Source: Cystobasidiomycetes sp. EMM_F5
Taxonomy: Eukaryota
Direction: 5' to 3'
Assembly (NCBI GenBank): GCA_051047955.1
Contig: JBPGPT010000008.1
Coordinates: forward strand, 558,001-622,000
Length of the DNA: 64,000 nt
A model generated the notes under the pieces. It did not search any database. It was not told where the DNA came from and was given only the letters and a program-made list of their open reading frames with translations. The translations under genes were made by a program, and so were the position numbers. Position 1 is the stretch's first letter. Every line of letters starts with the position of its first letter. Positions 13,801 to 26,800 of the stretch are shown one piece after another.

Positions 13801-14306
13801 GAGGATGGAGACATGATGTCCTCTGGAGAAGCAGGTGCAATCTGCCGCGTGTACCGCTTTCCTGCTCCGAGCATGGTCGACGGCGGTTTGTTGTTGTTTA
13901 CTGCATTCAGCCTGGCTGAGACTGGCCGGGAGGAGGATATGGCAGACCCAGCGTCGCTCGAGCCGCATAGAGGTGACGCTGGAGGGTTCAAGGTATCGTA
14001 ATTATTCTGCTTTAGTATACTCTTTGCACCGTTTGCAGGCTGGAGGTGCTCCATCTTTGCGGCTGAAGCGGTCCAGTTGGCCAGTGCCGACGAAGTGAGC
14101 GGCTGGGCCATTACACCTGGTCTACCGAGTCCTACGCTGCTCTGGGCTGTACTGAACGCATCTGCCTTGCTCGTCGTCGCTGGCTTTGGCGTTGTTGGTC
14201 CACCCTTTCGGACGGGCATGAATGGCGATCTTGCGGCAGTTGAGCCATTGATGGCTGATGCTGCCATCAGATGAGCGCCAGATTGGCCGTGTCCAGCGTT
14301 CTCCAT
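10836..14306 (-). CDS. Kinesin motor protein, kinesin-7 (CENP-E/Kip2)-like, with long disordered N-terminus and C-terminal coiled coil
   Basis: [11 protein letters not shown]-loop [12 protein letters not shown] (about 12945-12985), [14 protein letters not shown], switch I NARSSRSH, switch [18 protein letters not shown]. The 3' end is approximate. Confidence 0.9.
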
Positions 14307-14465
14307 GTTGTCGCTTTGTCTGAAGGGATCATTAGAAGAGCTCGAATACAAATTCACATAATCTTTGAATGATCGAAAACTAGTCGCGTTCAGAGATTCT
14401 AATCGCTCCCTTTTGATCCAATCCAAACCCGACCTGACACCCCTTTCTCGCTGTAAATATGTACA

Positions 14466-17400
14466 ATGACCATTCTGTTTGCAGATGTATGCCTCCTCTT
14501 GGATAGAATAGCCCGCATTAAACCCGTTAGGGCGGGCGAATCAGCCAGCAATTCGGGTAACACCACAACCCCAATTGCAATCTTCAGAACATGGCTGGCC
14601 CATCTGAAGAACGCTACCCCAGCTCAGGGTCTCATCTTGTTCCGCTTGATATTTCCTGAAGACGATATCAGACGACGGTACGGCCTCCAGGAAGACCTCC
14701 TGTCCCGCGAGATTGTAAAGGCTTTGTCACTACCTGCGGGTGCTCTTGGAGCCTGGAAGCACGATGTACCGTCTTGGAGCGATGAGGATCGTCTTATTGG
14801 GCCTCATACACCGACCGGCTGCCTCGGACTGGCAATCCAGAACACTCTTGAAGCGCGACGACATGCATCGATTATCCGCTCCCAATCTCTGCCTATCGAG
14901 CGAGTCGACGCTCTCCTCGACCAGCTGGCCTCATTCTGTCCCTTCTCCTCCGCCGACATTCTCGCGACCAAGCGGGAAGAAGGTCGACAATGGGCACGCT
15001 CGCCCATTTTATCGGCACTCTTCGAATCGCTCTCCGCTCGCGAAGCAGCCTACATGACGCAGATCATATTGAGAGATCTGTCGCCAATCATATATCCCGT
15101 GTCTAGCTCAAGCACAGACGTTTCTCTCGTCAGCTACAACAGCTCATCGCTGCAGGTGCTGGAATTGCAATCCGCATTGAAAGAGTGGTCATGGGTGCTA
15201 CCCGCCATATACAGAGTGAGAGCAGACTTGGATAGCGCTTTCAATGCTCTCAAGGCAAACGACATTCGTTCGAGTCCGTTTATTTCCGTGCATGTGGCTT
15301 CACTAGACTGACAGACTTTGAATGATAGGGTCTGCGTACACGGGTAGCGAGCGGACGGAGCTTCTGAGTCATCTAGCGCGACCAGAATTACGCACTCGCA
15401 TAGATATTCCGAAAGCCAGCAAAGGACGATCCTGTCGCCAAGTTGCGGAGATCTGTGCCAATGTTGATACTTTTAGCAGCTCCGCAGACGGCGTCCATGG
15501 TGGAAAAGTGTACTTGGAAACAAAGTATGACGGCGAACGAATGCAGATACATGTCGATCTGGACAATATTGCAAACCCGATTACAATCTTTAGCAAGAGT
15601 AAGCGGGATTCGACGATGGACAGGGCTAGGACGCATCCGTGAGTACAAGAAATCGTATGCACAGGAGTCCTCTGACAATACTCTCAGCATCATCTTGGCT
15701 GCTCTGAGTGCTTCTCCGTTTCTGTCTACGGCCTGCCGTCCGACTTCCCTCCTACTAGACCGGTTAAGCGACTTAAATTGCAGAAAGAGGACGGATAGTG
15801 TCCGGACCGCAATACTAGAAGCAGAAATGGTGGCCTATAACGAACACACTGAAAAGATCGATGAATTCGCCTATGTGGCAGAGTGTGCGCACGGACCTTC
15901 CGCCGTAGCGAATGCATTCAAAGGCGTACATGGGCATGATGGACCCAGCTTCGTTTGGAAGACGAGTAATTCTCACGAAGTGCAGACCGACGATGCATTG
16001 TTGGAGTCCAGTCAGACGAGTAGTGCGGGACAGCTTTTGGAGCAGGATGCGGGCGCGGCGACCAAGCGGCATCTGGCAATTGTCTTTTTCGACTGTCTAT
16101 ATCTGAATGGAAAAAATCTGATGCAGCGTACGTCTAAACGGTAGACCGGACACTAGGAAGCGCTAAGTGCTATCATGCTTGCAGTACCTTATAGCGAAAG
16201 GCGGAGTAAACTAGAGCAGCTCATTGAGCCAATCGAGGGCTACGTAGGTCATGTTGCCTGTTTCGTTGTTATTCGGTCGTTTGACACATCTCACAGAGCA
16301 TGCTGGCTGCACGAAGCTGCATCGACTTTCGCAGGGAAGGCTTTCAAGCCGGCTACGAGGTAAGCTCGGCTTACGCCGTGCCTACCTATCTAAAGCTGAG
16401 ATCGACATCCTTGGGTCCACAGAAACTCGTCCGAGCCTTCGCGCGGTGTATTGTGGACCGTCAAGGTATATATCTCCCCTGCTCGCTCGCCGCCAGTGCG
16501 CTTCTGAGTCGTCGGTTGTACCGCAGAGGGTCTAATGATCAAGCCTGCGCATGCGGTATATAATGACTGCCGTCCTGGATGCCAATGGATCAAGCTTAAG
16601 CGCGACTATATACCTGGATTGGGGGATACGATTTCTTGCTGCATCGCTGCGGCGTCTTGGACAAAAGAGCGTGGCCGAGAGCTACGAGGTAAGTCCTCCC
16701 AATACTCAGACAATGTTATGTATGGGCTGACATCGGGCCGCACAGTACCAAGCTCGTGCTTTACGACGTTCTACGTTGGGCTTCTTGAGAATACCTGGGA
16801 GCTCGAGGTGAGGTATACTGAGATTTGCAGTAGACGCAAATAAGTTGAACGTGATACATCTTGCATCCGTAGAACGGAAGCGAAGTCCGACCTCGCTATC
16901 ACGTATTGTTCTCGGTATCGCATCTGGCAAGCCGCGAGATGCTGCTGCACGCAAATAACCGCATAGCGACGCAGGGAGGCCTGACCAAGCAAGTTTGGGT
17001 GAGTTGCAATATGACCCTCGTAGAGGTATCCGCAGTTGAATAGTTAGATTCGCCCTTTTTCAGTCGACCCGCATGCGGAAAAGTTGGGATTTCGACCTGA
17101 CTTTTGCTCCTGGTATCGAGCGAGAAGTCAGCTTCATCCTCCGACAACCACTGGTATTTGAGCTTTTCGGAGCGGGTTTCACTAGAGAGCGCGGCGGGAA
17201 AAACTATCAGCTGAGATTCCCGAGAGTCTCCGCTATACATCATAGCAGACAACTCGACGAGTGCGTTAATCTGCAAGATCTGCAGCGACTAGGTCGGGAA
17301 TCGTCAACGTACGTCGATTCCGAAGCGGAAGATGAGATATCGGATTTATGGAGTCGGTATTCTTCTTCGTCCGCTCTCTCGGGGGAAGACAACATCTCAC

Positions 17401-18131
17401 CTATGCGCAAGAAGAATGTAGGATGGCGAGAGCAGCAAGAAGAGGAATGGGTACAGCGACTCCTAAAAGCAGACAGACCAAAGTCACACAAGAGGAAGAA
17501 GAGTGTCACATCGCCAGTCGCAACGTCAAAGACAAGGCATCGCAAGTCACCGTCGACAGACGCGAAATCGAGGATGCGACACACAAATTTGCTTGCTGGC
17601 CTGCAGGAAATGTCTCTAACGCCGCCACCACCGCGTTCACCCCAGGCAGCTAAAGTCGTAAATTGCCCTCCCTCGGAGCGTACTCGGGATCCAGTGCAGA
17701 TCCCATGGGCTGTTCTGAAACCCTCCCAACGCATGCCATCCGAGTGCGGACAGGCCTCCTCCTCAGCAGCGGCAATCTGCTGGGTGACTGTTCCAAGAAG
17801 AGTCGATGTAGTCGGCCGCCTCCCGATATGCGGGCGTCTTCATTCGTTGTCCGCACTGATGACAGGAGCGGGTTACAGATCCACATTGGACACATCTGCG
17901 GCTATCGTAGGCGGCCCTGACGAAGTGAAAATACAGTATCGCACAGCTGTCATTCTAACGAGCCGACAAGCCTCGCTGGATGTACTCCAGATACTACGGA
18001 CGAGCTGGAGCCGGCAAGTGGCCGATTCGTCGACTGTGATGCTGGTACATGTGGACACTCTGTTGGCATCGGTGGACAATTTAAGTCAATTGAACGCGAT
18101 TCCAGATGAGTGTATCATAGCGCGTCTGTAG
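14466..18131 (+). CDS. ATP-dependent DNA ligase (divergent, ligase IV-like core; no clear BRCT repeats)
   Basis: N-terminal DNA-binding-domain-like region (FRLIFPEDDIRRRYGLQE). Nucleotidyltransferase motifs I ETKYDGERMQIH, III ILEAEMV, IIIa IVFFDCLY, IV EGLMIK (spliced), V WIKLKRDY, VI LRFPRV. Confidence 0.88.
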
Positions 18132-18216
18132 GATGCAGGCCTCCGTGTAGCATAGATGAGTATCAGTCAAGAATATCTCCACATCAGCCCATCTTTGGTC
18201 TCGTGCAAGCCATCAA

Positions 18217-19810
18217 TGACGCTCAACAATGACCTGTTCTTCAGCACGAGCATCCTCGAGAGCCACGCCGAGATGAACCCAGGCAATGTGCTGCCCATCT
18301 TCAAGGACGGGCGGGCAGACGTCGACGACGAGGCGGAGCTGAGCGATGGGAGCAGCAAGGACGAGGCTGGGGAGGCAGCGAGAGCGGGCAGCAAGCGCAA
18401 GAGGCCTGGCGGGAAAGGGCGACGCAAGATTCCCATCGGTGGGTGGAGAGTGAGAGCAGTGTGAAGCTGGCGTCGAGCTGAGTATGTGGATCAAGAATAC
18501 ATATCAGACAAGGGCAAGCGGGCAATCACCTTTTCAAAGCGGAAAGCGGGCATCTTTACAAAGGTAGGCAGCAGTATCAATGGCCATTCATTAGCTGCGA
18601 AAGCCTGACGCGTTACCGCCTTTCTTTCCGTGTCGCAGGCGTCTGAACTGAGCAAACTGACGGGATCAAACCTGCTCCTGCTCGTCGTGAGCGAGTCTGG
18701 CGTAGTGTACACGTATACGACGGAGAAGTGTGAGTGAATGTATGCCGCTTTTGGCCGCAGGGCTCCAGGCTAAGCTCGAGTCTTTGTATGCTACACGCCA
18801 CAGTCGAACCCCTCGTATCGCAGTCCGCTGGCCGCAACATGATTGCAGCATGTCTGAACGGCACAATATCATTAGCCAACGATCCGTCTGCTTCCCTGAC
18901 GATGAACGCGCCGAAACAGCCAAGACGAGGCGGACAGATTATGCTCAAAGGTGCCTTCGGAGGCGGCAGTATTCCAGACAAAGCAAGACAGAACACCAAA
19001 GAACGTCACTCGAATCACGACGCTGATCATTCAGCAGACTCGCCAGATCCACCAGCCGTTTCGCCAGGCTTGAATCAGCTTGGATCGACTTCCCAGTCCA
19101 CATCTGGCAGTTCTCTACCTCCGCTACCTAAACCTCCAAGTCACGATGATCAGAAGCGAGAGCAGTATTCCAAGGAGCACCCAGTGCATCTCGATCCCAA
19201 TCTATCCGGCTTTGGAGACGCATCATCCTTCTCCCGCCTACCTCCGCATGATATTCCCATACAACAATCTACGACGACAGACGGGGATGGATCAGACGCA
19301 CCGCTTGATCTCGACGATGATGGCTGTCTGGACAGGCTTCGAGGCGTACGACGATCACTTTCCATCGAACGGCAATTTGAACAGCGAGTCGCATCCAGTG
19401 GGGAAGTGCCACTCCAAACGGGCATGTCGTATGAAAGACACACATCGGCTTCCACTACACCCTCCATCGATCTACACGCGACATTTCCATTCGACTTTTC
19501 GACAAGCGGAAGAAGTAGCTTCTTTGCCCAGTCATCTCAGTCTGCGTCTGGAAGTCGTACGCCGACGACTGGGGATATCCCTATACTGCCTGAAATACCG
19601 ACGTCTATAGCTTCCACGTCATCTCGTCTTGATGAGCGTCAGAGCACAAGGACGACTTCGCAAGATCGTGGCAGCACGATTCGTCGCGGGGGCGGCAGTA
19701 ACGGCGCTGATACGGACGCCTCGCACATGCCAAACCTCAACGACATACATCCGCGTGTGTCGTACACCCAGTCTGCTGATGCGTGGTCTAGGTCAGTCAT
19801 CGTCGCGTGA
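18217..19810 (+). CDS. SRF-type MADS-box transcription factor (Mcm1-like, divergent)
   Basis: Spliced MADS box KGRRKIPI|EYISDKGKRAITFSKRKAGIFTK|ASELSKLTGSNLLLLVVSESGVVYTYTTEK, then a SAM-like segment EPLVSQSAGRNMIAACLN. Start codon uncertain (18157/18217/18273). Confidence 0.85.
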
Positions 19811-20188
19811 AAGTGCAGGCATTTGGCTCAACCGTGTATTCTCTGTTTGATTACCAGCTTCAATTCGAACAAGTCGAGTCTATTCACGACGGCGAAGACT
19901 TCAAACGATAAGCGACCGTCATTATGACATTGGCTTGGCAACGGAGTCTGCTTCGTTGCTTTCAGCGTGGGTGTAACCGAGTGGATGCTTCGTGGGCGTT
20001 GTAGCGTAGGGACGGGTCGACAGACCGTGTGCAATGACTGCCTCGCTTGCTTGCCGGATCTGTGAATATTGCATTGTGTAACGTAGCACGTTGCGGTATC
20101 ATCGGTACGCGGTGCCTGAATGAGCATGCTGGCCGAGTGCTCGGTCACCTCGCTCCATCTGATATCATCTCGGCGTCGACGCAATCCG

Positions 20189-20220
20189 TCTCTCTCTCTC
20201 ACTCTCACTCTCTCTCTTTC
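20189..20220 (+). repeat. Imperfect (CT)n microsatellite upstream of the SnoaL-like gene
   Basis: tctctctctctcactctcactctctctctttc immediately 5' of the ATG at 20241. Confidence 0.7.
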
Positions 20221-20240
20221 CTTCCAACCAAGTCGCAAAC

Positions 20241-20898
20241 ATGGCTCCACCAGTCCTCCAATCCAACGCCGACGTGCAGGCCATCTTTGACGCCTGGAAC
20301 GGCGGGGACGCTGCAAAGGTAATGACGATATTCACGCCCGAGCTCGCCTCGTCGTCCGAGTTTGCTCAGTGGGGAGCTGCAATGGCGTGGGTCTGTCTGG
20401 CCGTGTCCCACTCGGTCGTTGGTCGCTGATGTTGACGGGATACATCAACAGACAATACAACGGCTACTACGAGCAAAAGATGGAGTTTCTCGGAGGGTGG
20501 TTCACCGACAAGGACTGCCTGTTGCAGCAGAGGGAGAACATGACTTGCGTCAAGTGAGCCAGAGTGCCTCGTTCTCGCTGCCAACGTGCCGCATATATAC
20601 TGACACACGACAAATGACGCTCCCCGCCGTCGATTCCTCTTATTCACCCTTCTGTTCTCCGCAGAGACGGTTGTCCTTCGCCCTATCTGTCGCTGCGCAC
20701 ACCTCGCGTCCTCAAGGAGGGAGAAGTCGTTTCTAGAGAGTTCATGTAAGGATGCTCATTTATCGATGCACATCGCATGCTGAATGCCAAAACAATACTC
20801 ACCCGTGTCGTCTGTCCAGCGTCCTCTACAAGTTTGATCAAGAGACTGGCAAAGTCAAAGAAGCAAAGAATTTTGTAGAGTTCTTCTTCCACGAGTAA
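20241..20898 (+). CDS. Small NTF2/SnoaL-like fold protein, copy 1 (4 exons)
   Basis: Spliced product MAPPVLQSNADVQAIFDAWNGGDAAKVMTIFTP...KEGEVVSREFIVLYKFDQETGKVKEAKNFVEFFFHE*. The 'AWN.GD....f.p' start and 'F...GKV.E' end are typical of SnoaL/NTF2-like domains. Confidence 0.7.
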
Positions 20899-21748
20899 CA
20901 TGCCGGCATATTGATCATCACAGCACCAGCGTGAGATACATGTCAAGATGTGCAGACGTCACATATCAATGCTCAAGCGTGTACCTATGCCAAATGTATC
21001 AGAAAGCGTAAGATACGTTGATACCCCGTTGTCTCGCTGTAGCCATTCAAAACGCAATTCACCAATGCTGAGAGCAATATGCATTCACTTGTCCTGCAAT
21101 ACAGGCACATCTTGTAGGACACCGGCTGCCATAGAACCGCGCACTCCTGAAACTGTCAGATGCTGTAATTGCGGAGACTCTCGAGGCACACTTACACGAA
21201 GCCTTTAGTACTTCCCATCAATTTGAAAGACCTTGTACACCTGTGAAGCCTGTGTGCGAATGCTTCTACTCTCTCTGGCTACACAAGATGCATCCCCACA
21301 GTGCCCTCGTGCTGACTTCCCGGTCATGTCCTCCTGACAGGCCCCAGATGTTGCAATCCCAAAGCACAATCAACTTGAACGAGCAAATAGTACCATTCGC
21401 AATCGCTCCACAGGCTTGACACGAGCTCACAATGACACTAACCAACTGCAATCTGCCAACCTCCCCGAAAAACGTACTGGCTGCCCACGTCGCAGGCCAG
21501 AGGTTGTTAGACGCTCCCGCTTTCGACCGCGTCCTGCCGTACTGACCTAGTCCAACGTCCCCGAAAACCTGCTGACGAGCCTGCTGCTGACTACATTCTC
21601 GCCGAATGATGCTGCATCTGCGCAAAGTCGTCCTGCGTCCTCAGCTATCGTAAAATATCTCTCCGCCTCCTCTTATCCATTCACCATTCCCCGCTTCATC
21701 TCATCAAACGACGCAATCTGTCCAGCACCACCCTCCATCGTGATCGTA

Positions 21749-22383
21749 ATGGCCCGTCCTGTCCTAACCTCTGACGCCGACGCCAGCGCTGTATTGGCCG
21801 CATGGGATGCCGGCGACATGGCTACAGCAATGTCCATGTTTGCCCCGTCTTTGCTCGCATCTGGAGAGTTTGCTAAACAAGGAGCTATGATGGCGTGAGT
21901 CATCTGTCTCCTCCTCTGTACCCTTCTCGACTGATGCTTTACACACACACTTCTTCAGGCAGTACAAAGGTTCCTATGATCAGAAACACGACTTGATCAA
22001 GGGCTGGTACACAGAGAAAGACTGCGTCATCAGACTAAAGATCACTGCAACGTGCATCAAGTAAGTGGTAACCCGGAGGCATCGTGTATATGTCTATACA
22101 GAGTGTCTTGCTCGGCGGTTTCGCCTCGCTGACGCTTATTGTCCCTGATGTGCCGCCGCCAACGCAGAGACGGTTGCCCCGCTCCCTACCTGTCCCTTGC
22201 CGAGGCCCGTGTGCTCAAGCAGGGAGAAGTAGTATCGGTCGAATTCTGGTACGAGCGTCACGTACTCCCCAGCGACTCTCTACTCCAGCTAACATGGCCA
22301 CTATCCGTAGCGCCATTCACACATTCGATGAGGAGACTGGCAAGGTCAAGGAATCGACGCATTTCTCTCAGCACTCCTTCTAG
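21749..22383 (+). CDS. Small NTF2/SnoaL-like fold protein, copy 2 (tandem paralogue, same 3 intron positions)
   Basis: MARPVLTSDADASAVLAAWDAGDMATAMSMFAP...DGCPAPYLSLAEARVLKQGEVVSVEFCAIHTFDEETGKVKESTHFSQHSF*. Confidence 0.72.
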
Positions 22384-22573
22384 ACATCTTGTGTCGTGAC
22401 GGCAGCCAAAGTGGTCATGAACCATGCTCTTGCGTGGCATGCTTGTATTGGTATGGTGTACCGTATGCTTGCGCAAAGTACAGCAAGGCTCAAGCGTGAA
22501 TTCTGCGTATTCCCCAACATCAGATGTTTGCGTTGTACCCTTCGACTGGTAACGAAGTAGGCGTGCATAAAGC

Positions 22574-23552
22574 TCATGCGTGAATCTACGGGTTCGACCG
22601 TCATCAACGCTTGCGTCCGATGCTGACTCGGCACAGTACTTGCACTCACCAGACTGGCCAGCAGAGTCCATTCCTTCAGACTTGCAATGTACGGGTCGTC
22701 ACCCATATCTGGCAGAGTATCGGGATGCCATAGTAGAATATCCTTGAATGCGGCGACCGGCGTGAGTGTTCGTTGAGTGCGCTCTCGCTCGCCGTCATTC
22801 ACGTCCGGAACTTCGTGCGTGTTTAAGATGGATTTAGGTGTTGATGGTTGGCTGTGGACTTGGGGGAGGACAAATGATGGAAATGGAGGCGGAGTTGTTT
22901 GCCGAGTAAGAATCTCATCGTCAACCACAATCTCGGGCTTTGCTTGTTTTCCAGTAAATTCGTCTGATGTCTCCACTGGCATCGCGCCTGCCATTTTATG
23001 ATCTGTCGCATCGGTATTGATATGCTCATTTGCCAGGGTGATAGATGCTCCACTCTCCTCCGATTTGACTTGCACAGCAGCGTTTACACTGCTCCCTCTA
23101 TTCTTCTTTGCATTCGCTGCTGCCATCTTATCTGCCAGCTTCATCCTCTTCTTTGGGGGTTGCTGAGCAGCACTCTGCGGCACAGTGTGCTTTCTGGGAG
23201 ATCTCCTAGGCGACGACTGGCCATCGTTGTTAGGTAGTACTGACCCAACACTGACCATCTTTTCCCTCGTCGACTGCCCATTCGCCCTTCCAATCCCTAC
23301 ACCGTCGCTCTTCCACACCCGGCCAGCGTACCCCTCCGGCAGCCTTACTCGCACTCCCCGCAGCCTCCTCCCTCTAAAGTGCGCAGTGAACGTGTCATCG
23401 TCCCCCTCGTCGACGCCAAAGTACGCAGACACCTCTGCTGGTCCATCGTAGGCCACACTGCACGGGACGAGATGGGGAGCTGGAATGACTGGTAGGGCGG
23501 TGGATGGGGTGGATGCGAGGATGGTGGGCAGCAGGGCAGCAGCATTGGACAT
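22574..23552 (-). CDS. RNH203: Ribonuclease H2 subunit C
   Basis: PHLVPCSVAYDGPAEVSAYF, AHFRGRRLRG..V.LPEGYAG, FKDILLWHPD...DDPYIASLKEW. Last micro-exon IHA* (stop 22574-22576). Confidence 0.85.
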
Positions 23553-23576
23553 TGTTGGCGCGAATGAGACCCATCA

Positions 23577-23582
23577 ACGCGT
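23577..23582. promoter_or_regulatory. MCB-like element (ACGCGT) in the RNH203/MPS1 divergent promoter
   Basis: Exact ACGCGT plus nearby CGCG cores (about 23559, about 23742) between two cell-cycle/replication genes. A 6-mer can occur by chance. Confidence 0.3.
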
Positions 23583-23845
23583 TTCAATTCAATTGAAAAG
23601 TCAATGTAAACCATTTCCTCCATTTCAAACGATATCGACACCGGACAAAGACGCAGTAGACGGATATGAGCAGTAGAATGCAAATATTGAATAACAGTCA
23701 TGCTATATTGCCTGCAGACTGGGTTGTGTCGTGATATCAGTCGCGTGGTCAATCTGATCGAGTGTTTTGAATGGCCAATTCAGATGATTGACAGGTTTGC
23801 ATCAAATCATAAACTACTCTCAACACACACACTGGATGCTCGACC

Positions 23846-26800
23846 ATGGCTGGAATGACGAGCAGCCCGTCTCTCGACAGCGTAGCCTCGTCGTCGTCGG
23901 GCGGGAGTGGAAACGGCAATGGGAGTGGAAGCAGGTTTAATCGGCTGCTGTCCAAGCTGGCCTCGAGCAATAACACCAGCAGTGATGCAAGCACTCGCAG
24001 ACCCTCTCCCGTCTCCTCTGCAGCCTCCTCGTCGTCCCCCTCCCTCCGCACCTCCATCGACCAGTACCGTCAACAAACAAACAACAACATGACGACGGCA
24101 ACAACGCCAGTCAGGTACACATTCAGCACTACCCGGGACGGGAATCTATCGCCCACGCTGATGGATACCGACGAGATGACGCCGCTGCGTCCCCCAGTCT
24201 TTGAGAGCAGGTTTATGCGAGAATTGGAAGCGGGGGTGAATCCCGACGAAGCGAGGTCGTCTCAAACGTCCACATCGACATCTCCACGGCCTCCGCTAGG
24301 CATGTCGTACTCTTCCCCGTCAGCTGTACATGCACCTTCAGCCGGTCAACTACAACCAAAACACACACGCTCTCCGTCCGTAAATTCCATAATGTCATAT
24401 AAAACATCATCCAACAGGTCGTCTACGTCGGCCTCCTCGACCCGACAGCCGGGCAACGTACCTCCGTCTTCGTACAGGCCTTCCCCTCCAGCATCAGTAA
24501 GGCTAGGGAGGATACCCAGTATATCGGAACTGCACAATGACACCAGCGACAAGGAGAACCTCCCATACCATCAACAAGCTCGCTATGCAGAGCTACCTCG
24601 CGCATCTCCTCATCAAAGCCACAGAAAGACTGCCTCGCTCATGCTAGAAACGACCGGGAAACGCGAATCTCCGGGTCCATTGAACGCAGACAAAGTCGGT
24701 AGATTAGATAGAGATCACCTTGACGCCCCTCATGATGTACACGATATCCATGAGAGTATACCAGCCCGCTCGCATTCATCACTCGGATTCCGCACAACAA
24801 CCGACGACGACGATGTCATGGAGGGGAGGTCGTCTATGCATATTGCATCTCGACCATTAAAGCCGAAAGACGTCAACTCGGCCCCTCTTACTCAAGATCC
24901 AAATCAGAGTATTGGCGTCAATGGCACAAAATTCGGAAACTTCGCACGGTCCGCCTCGAATGCTCTAGGAAGTCTGACGCGGAAAAGGTCCATCGATGGC
25001 CTCAGCTTGCTCAATGCTACGAATTGCGAAACGAAGCCGGTATCCGGTTCATCATCGTCTTGGAATAATGACATGGGCTCCGCTTCCAGTCCAACACATA
25101 ATGAATCGGAGCGTGTGTCTATGAGCGTACGGAGCGCTAGTGCACTAGGCATTTCCGACGTACGAAATCATCACCCTCTTTCAGCCCTGCCGCCATCTTA
25201 TGCTTCCCGACCCGTACTCGGCAACAGACTACTCTCAAACGAAAGTATAACCGATGTTTCCGTTCCCGTCTCCACAACAGACGGAACCAGTCTTGCGCGA
25301 AGTAACAGTCAGTCCAAATCAACCCCTGGATTCCCTCGTGTTCCACTAGGTGCCTCCACTAGCACTACTGCTACTTCATCAACGACACTGGCATCGGGCT
25401 TGAGTGAATCGAGCAAGAGGTTCAGGTCTGCTTTTCGACTGAATAAGAATCGGATGGCGAGCGCAAACAGTACGGGAGAACAGGGTGGTTCTGGGACAGG
25501 AATGGGTAACGCAATGCTTGTTGGTGGTGTTACGCCTGGCATGGGTATGAGGAGGGCTATGCGGGTACCGTTGGGCGCTCAGCAGGATGCTGAAGAGGAG
25601 GATGGGAGCGATAATAAGCAATGTAAGTGCGAACATTCGCAACTTAACCGTAAGTAACGCATTCGACTGACACATTGAAATGATGGTAGCTCCGGACGAT
25701 AACAGTCGAGCTATGCGCAGCTTGGAGAGTAACAGCAGCGGCAACGGATACGTCACAAACCTTAGCAATATCACAGATGTCTCCCCGCCAGCACAGGGTG
25801 TGGATGTTGGTGAACGACTTCGCAAAGGAGACACTTCAACTGCAATGATGGCATTGCGCGACAGTGCACAAGAACGAGCTCAACTCGTTAGTACATCGTC
25901 GTACGATATATCTGTCTCAGCAAGAGGGCCTTCCATGCCGCAGGAGCAGGAAGCGGAGTCAACACAGTCAAGAACGGACAATCAAGCAGATGCGCATTCC
26001 GATACGCTAGTTCCGGCCGATACGAGAGATGGACGACGTACGAGGGCTGCTGCAGGCAACAACGAGTATCGAGTCTATTCTGACCAAGAGGGTGCAGACG
26101 AGGTCGAAGTCATTCTCGATATCGCACAGCCCACAACGACCGATAATGATGTTAATCAGGATAAGGAGAACAACCACGTCGACCAGCGTTATGCTGCTGC
26201 TGCTTTGACGAAGACTTCCATGCCTCTACTTGGTGCGGCAGATTTGCGAAATTCCAGGACCGCAGACCGTCATGTGCTCGGCGAGGTCAAGCGCTTGCTT
26301 CAGCCGCAAGTTTCCAATGTTGATGTTCTTTCGGCCAAATTACCTTCGCTGTCGCTGGAAGGCAGACAACATACTCAAGTTCCGTTCAGTCAGCCTTTGC
26401 CGCAACCTCCGCAAAGAATTGGCAAATCCTCCTCGTCGTCCTCGAATGGAGGTTACGGGTATCATCCAGCAGACAGACAAATCATCAGCAATGACTATGC
26501 CGTTCCAACGAAGCAGAGTGGAGATACCCCACCAGATTCACATTCGGCTGCTAGCTATGCGGCTGCATATCGTCCTGCTCCGGGCTTGCCTTTACAGCAC
26601 CTGGCTCAACTCCCTCACAAAAGCGCAGTGCATTCCGCTACTGCTGCTAGTGAACAGCCTGCTCCGACTGCATCCCGTAAAACCGCTGGACTCGTCACCG
26701 TCAAAGGAAAGACGTACACTCGGATGGGTTTGCTTGGCAAGGGAGGAAGCAGCAAGGTCTTCCGTGTCTCAGATCGGGAGCATCAGATTTTCGCGCTAAA

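Noticed and set aside
20948..21625. ORFs between the two SnoaL-like genes (20948..21208 +, 21266..21625 -)
   Set aside because: No recognisable motif, paralogy or convincing splice structure; treated as intergenic.
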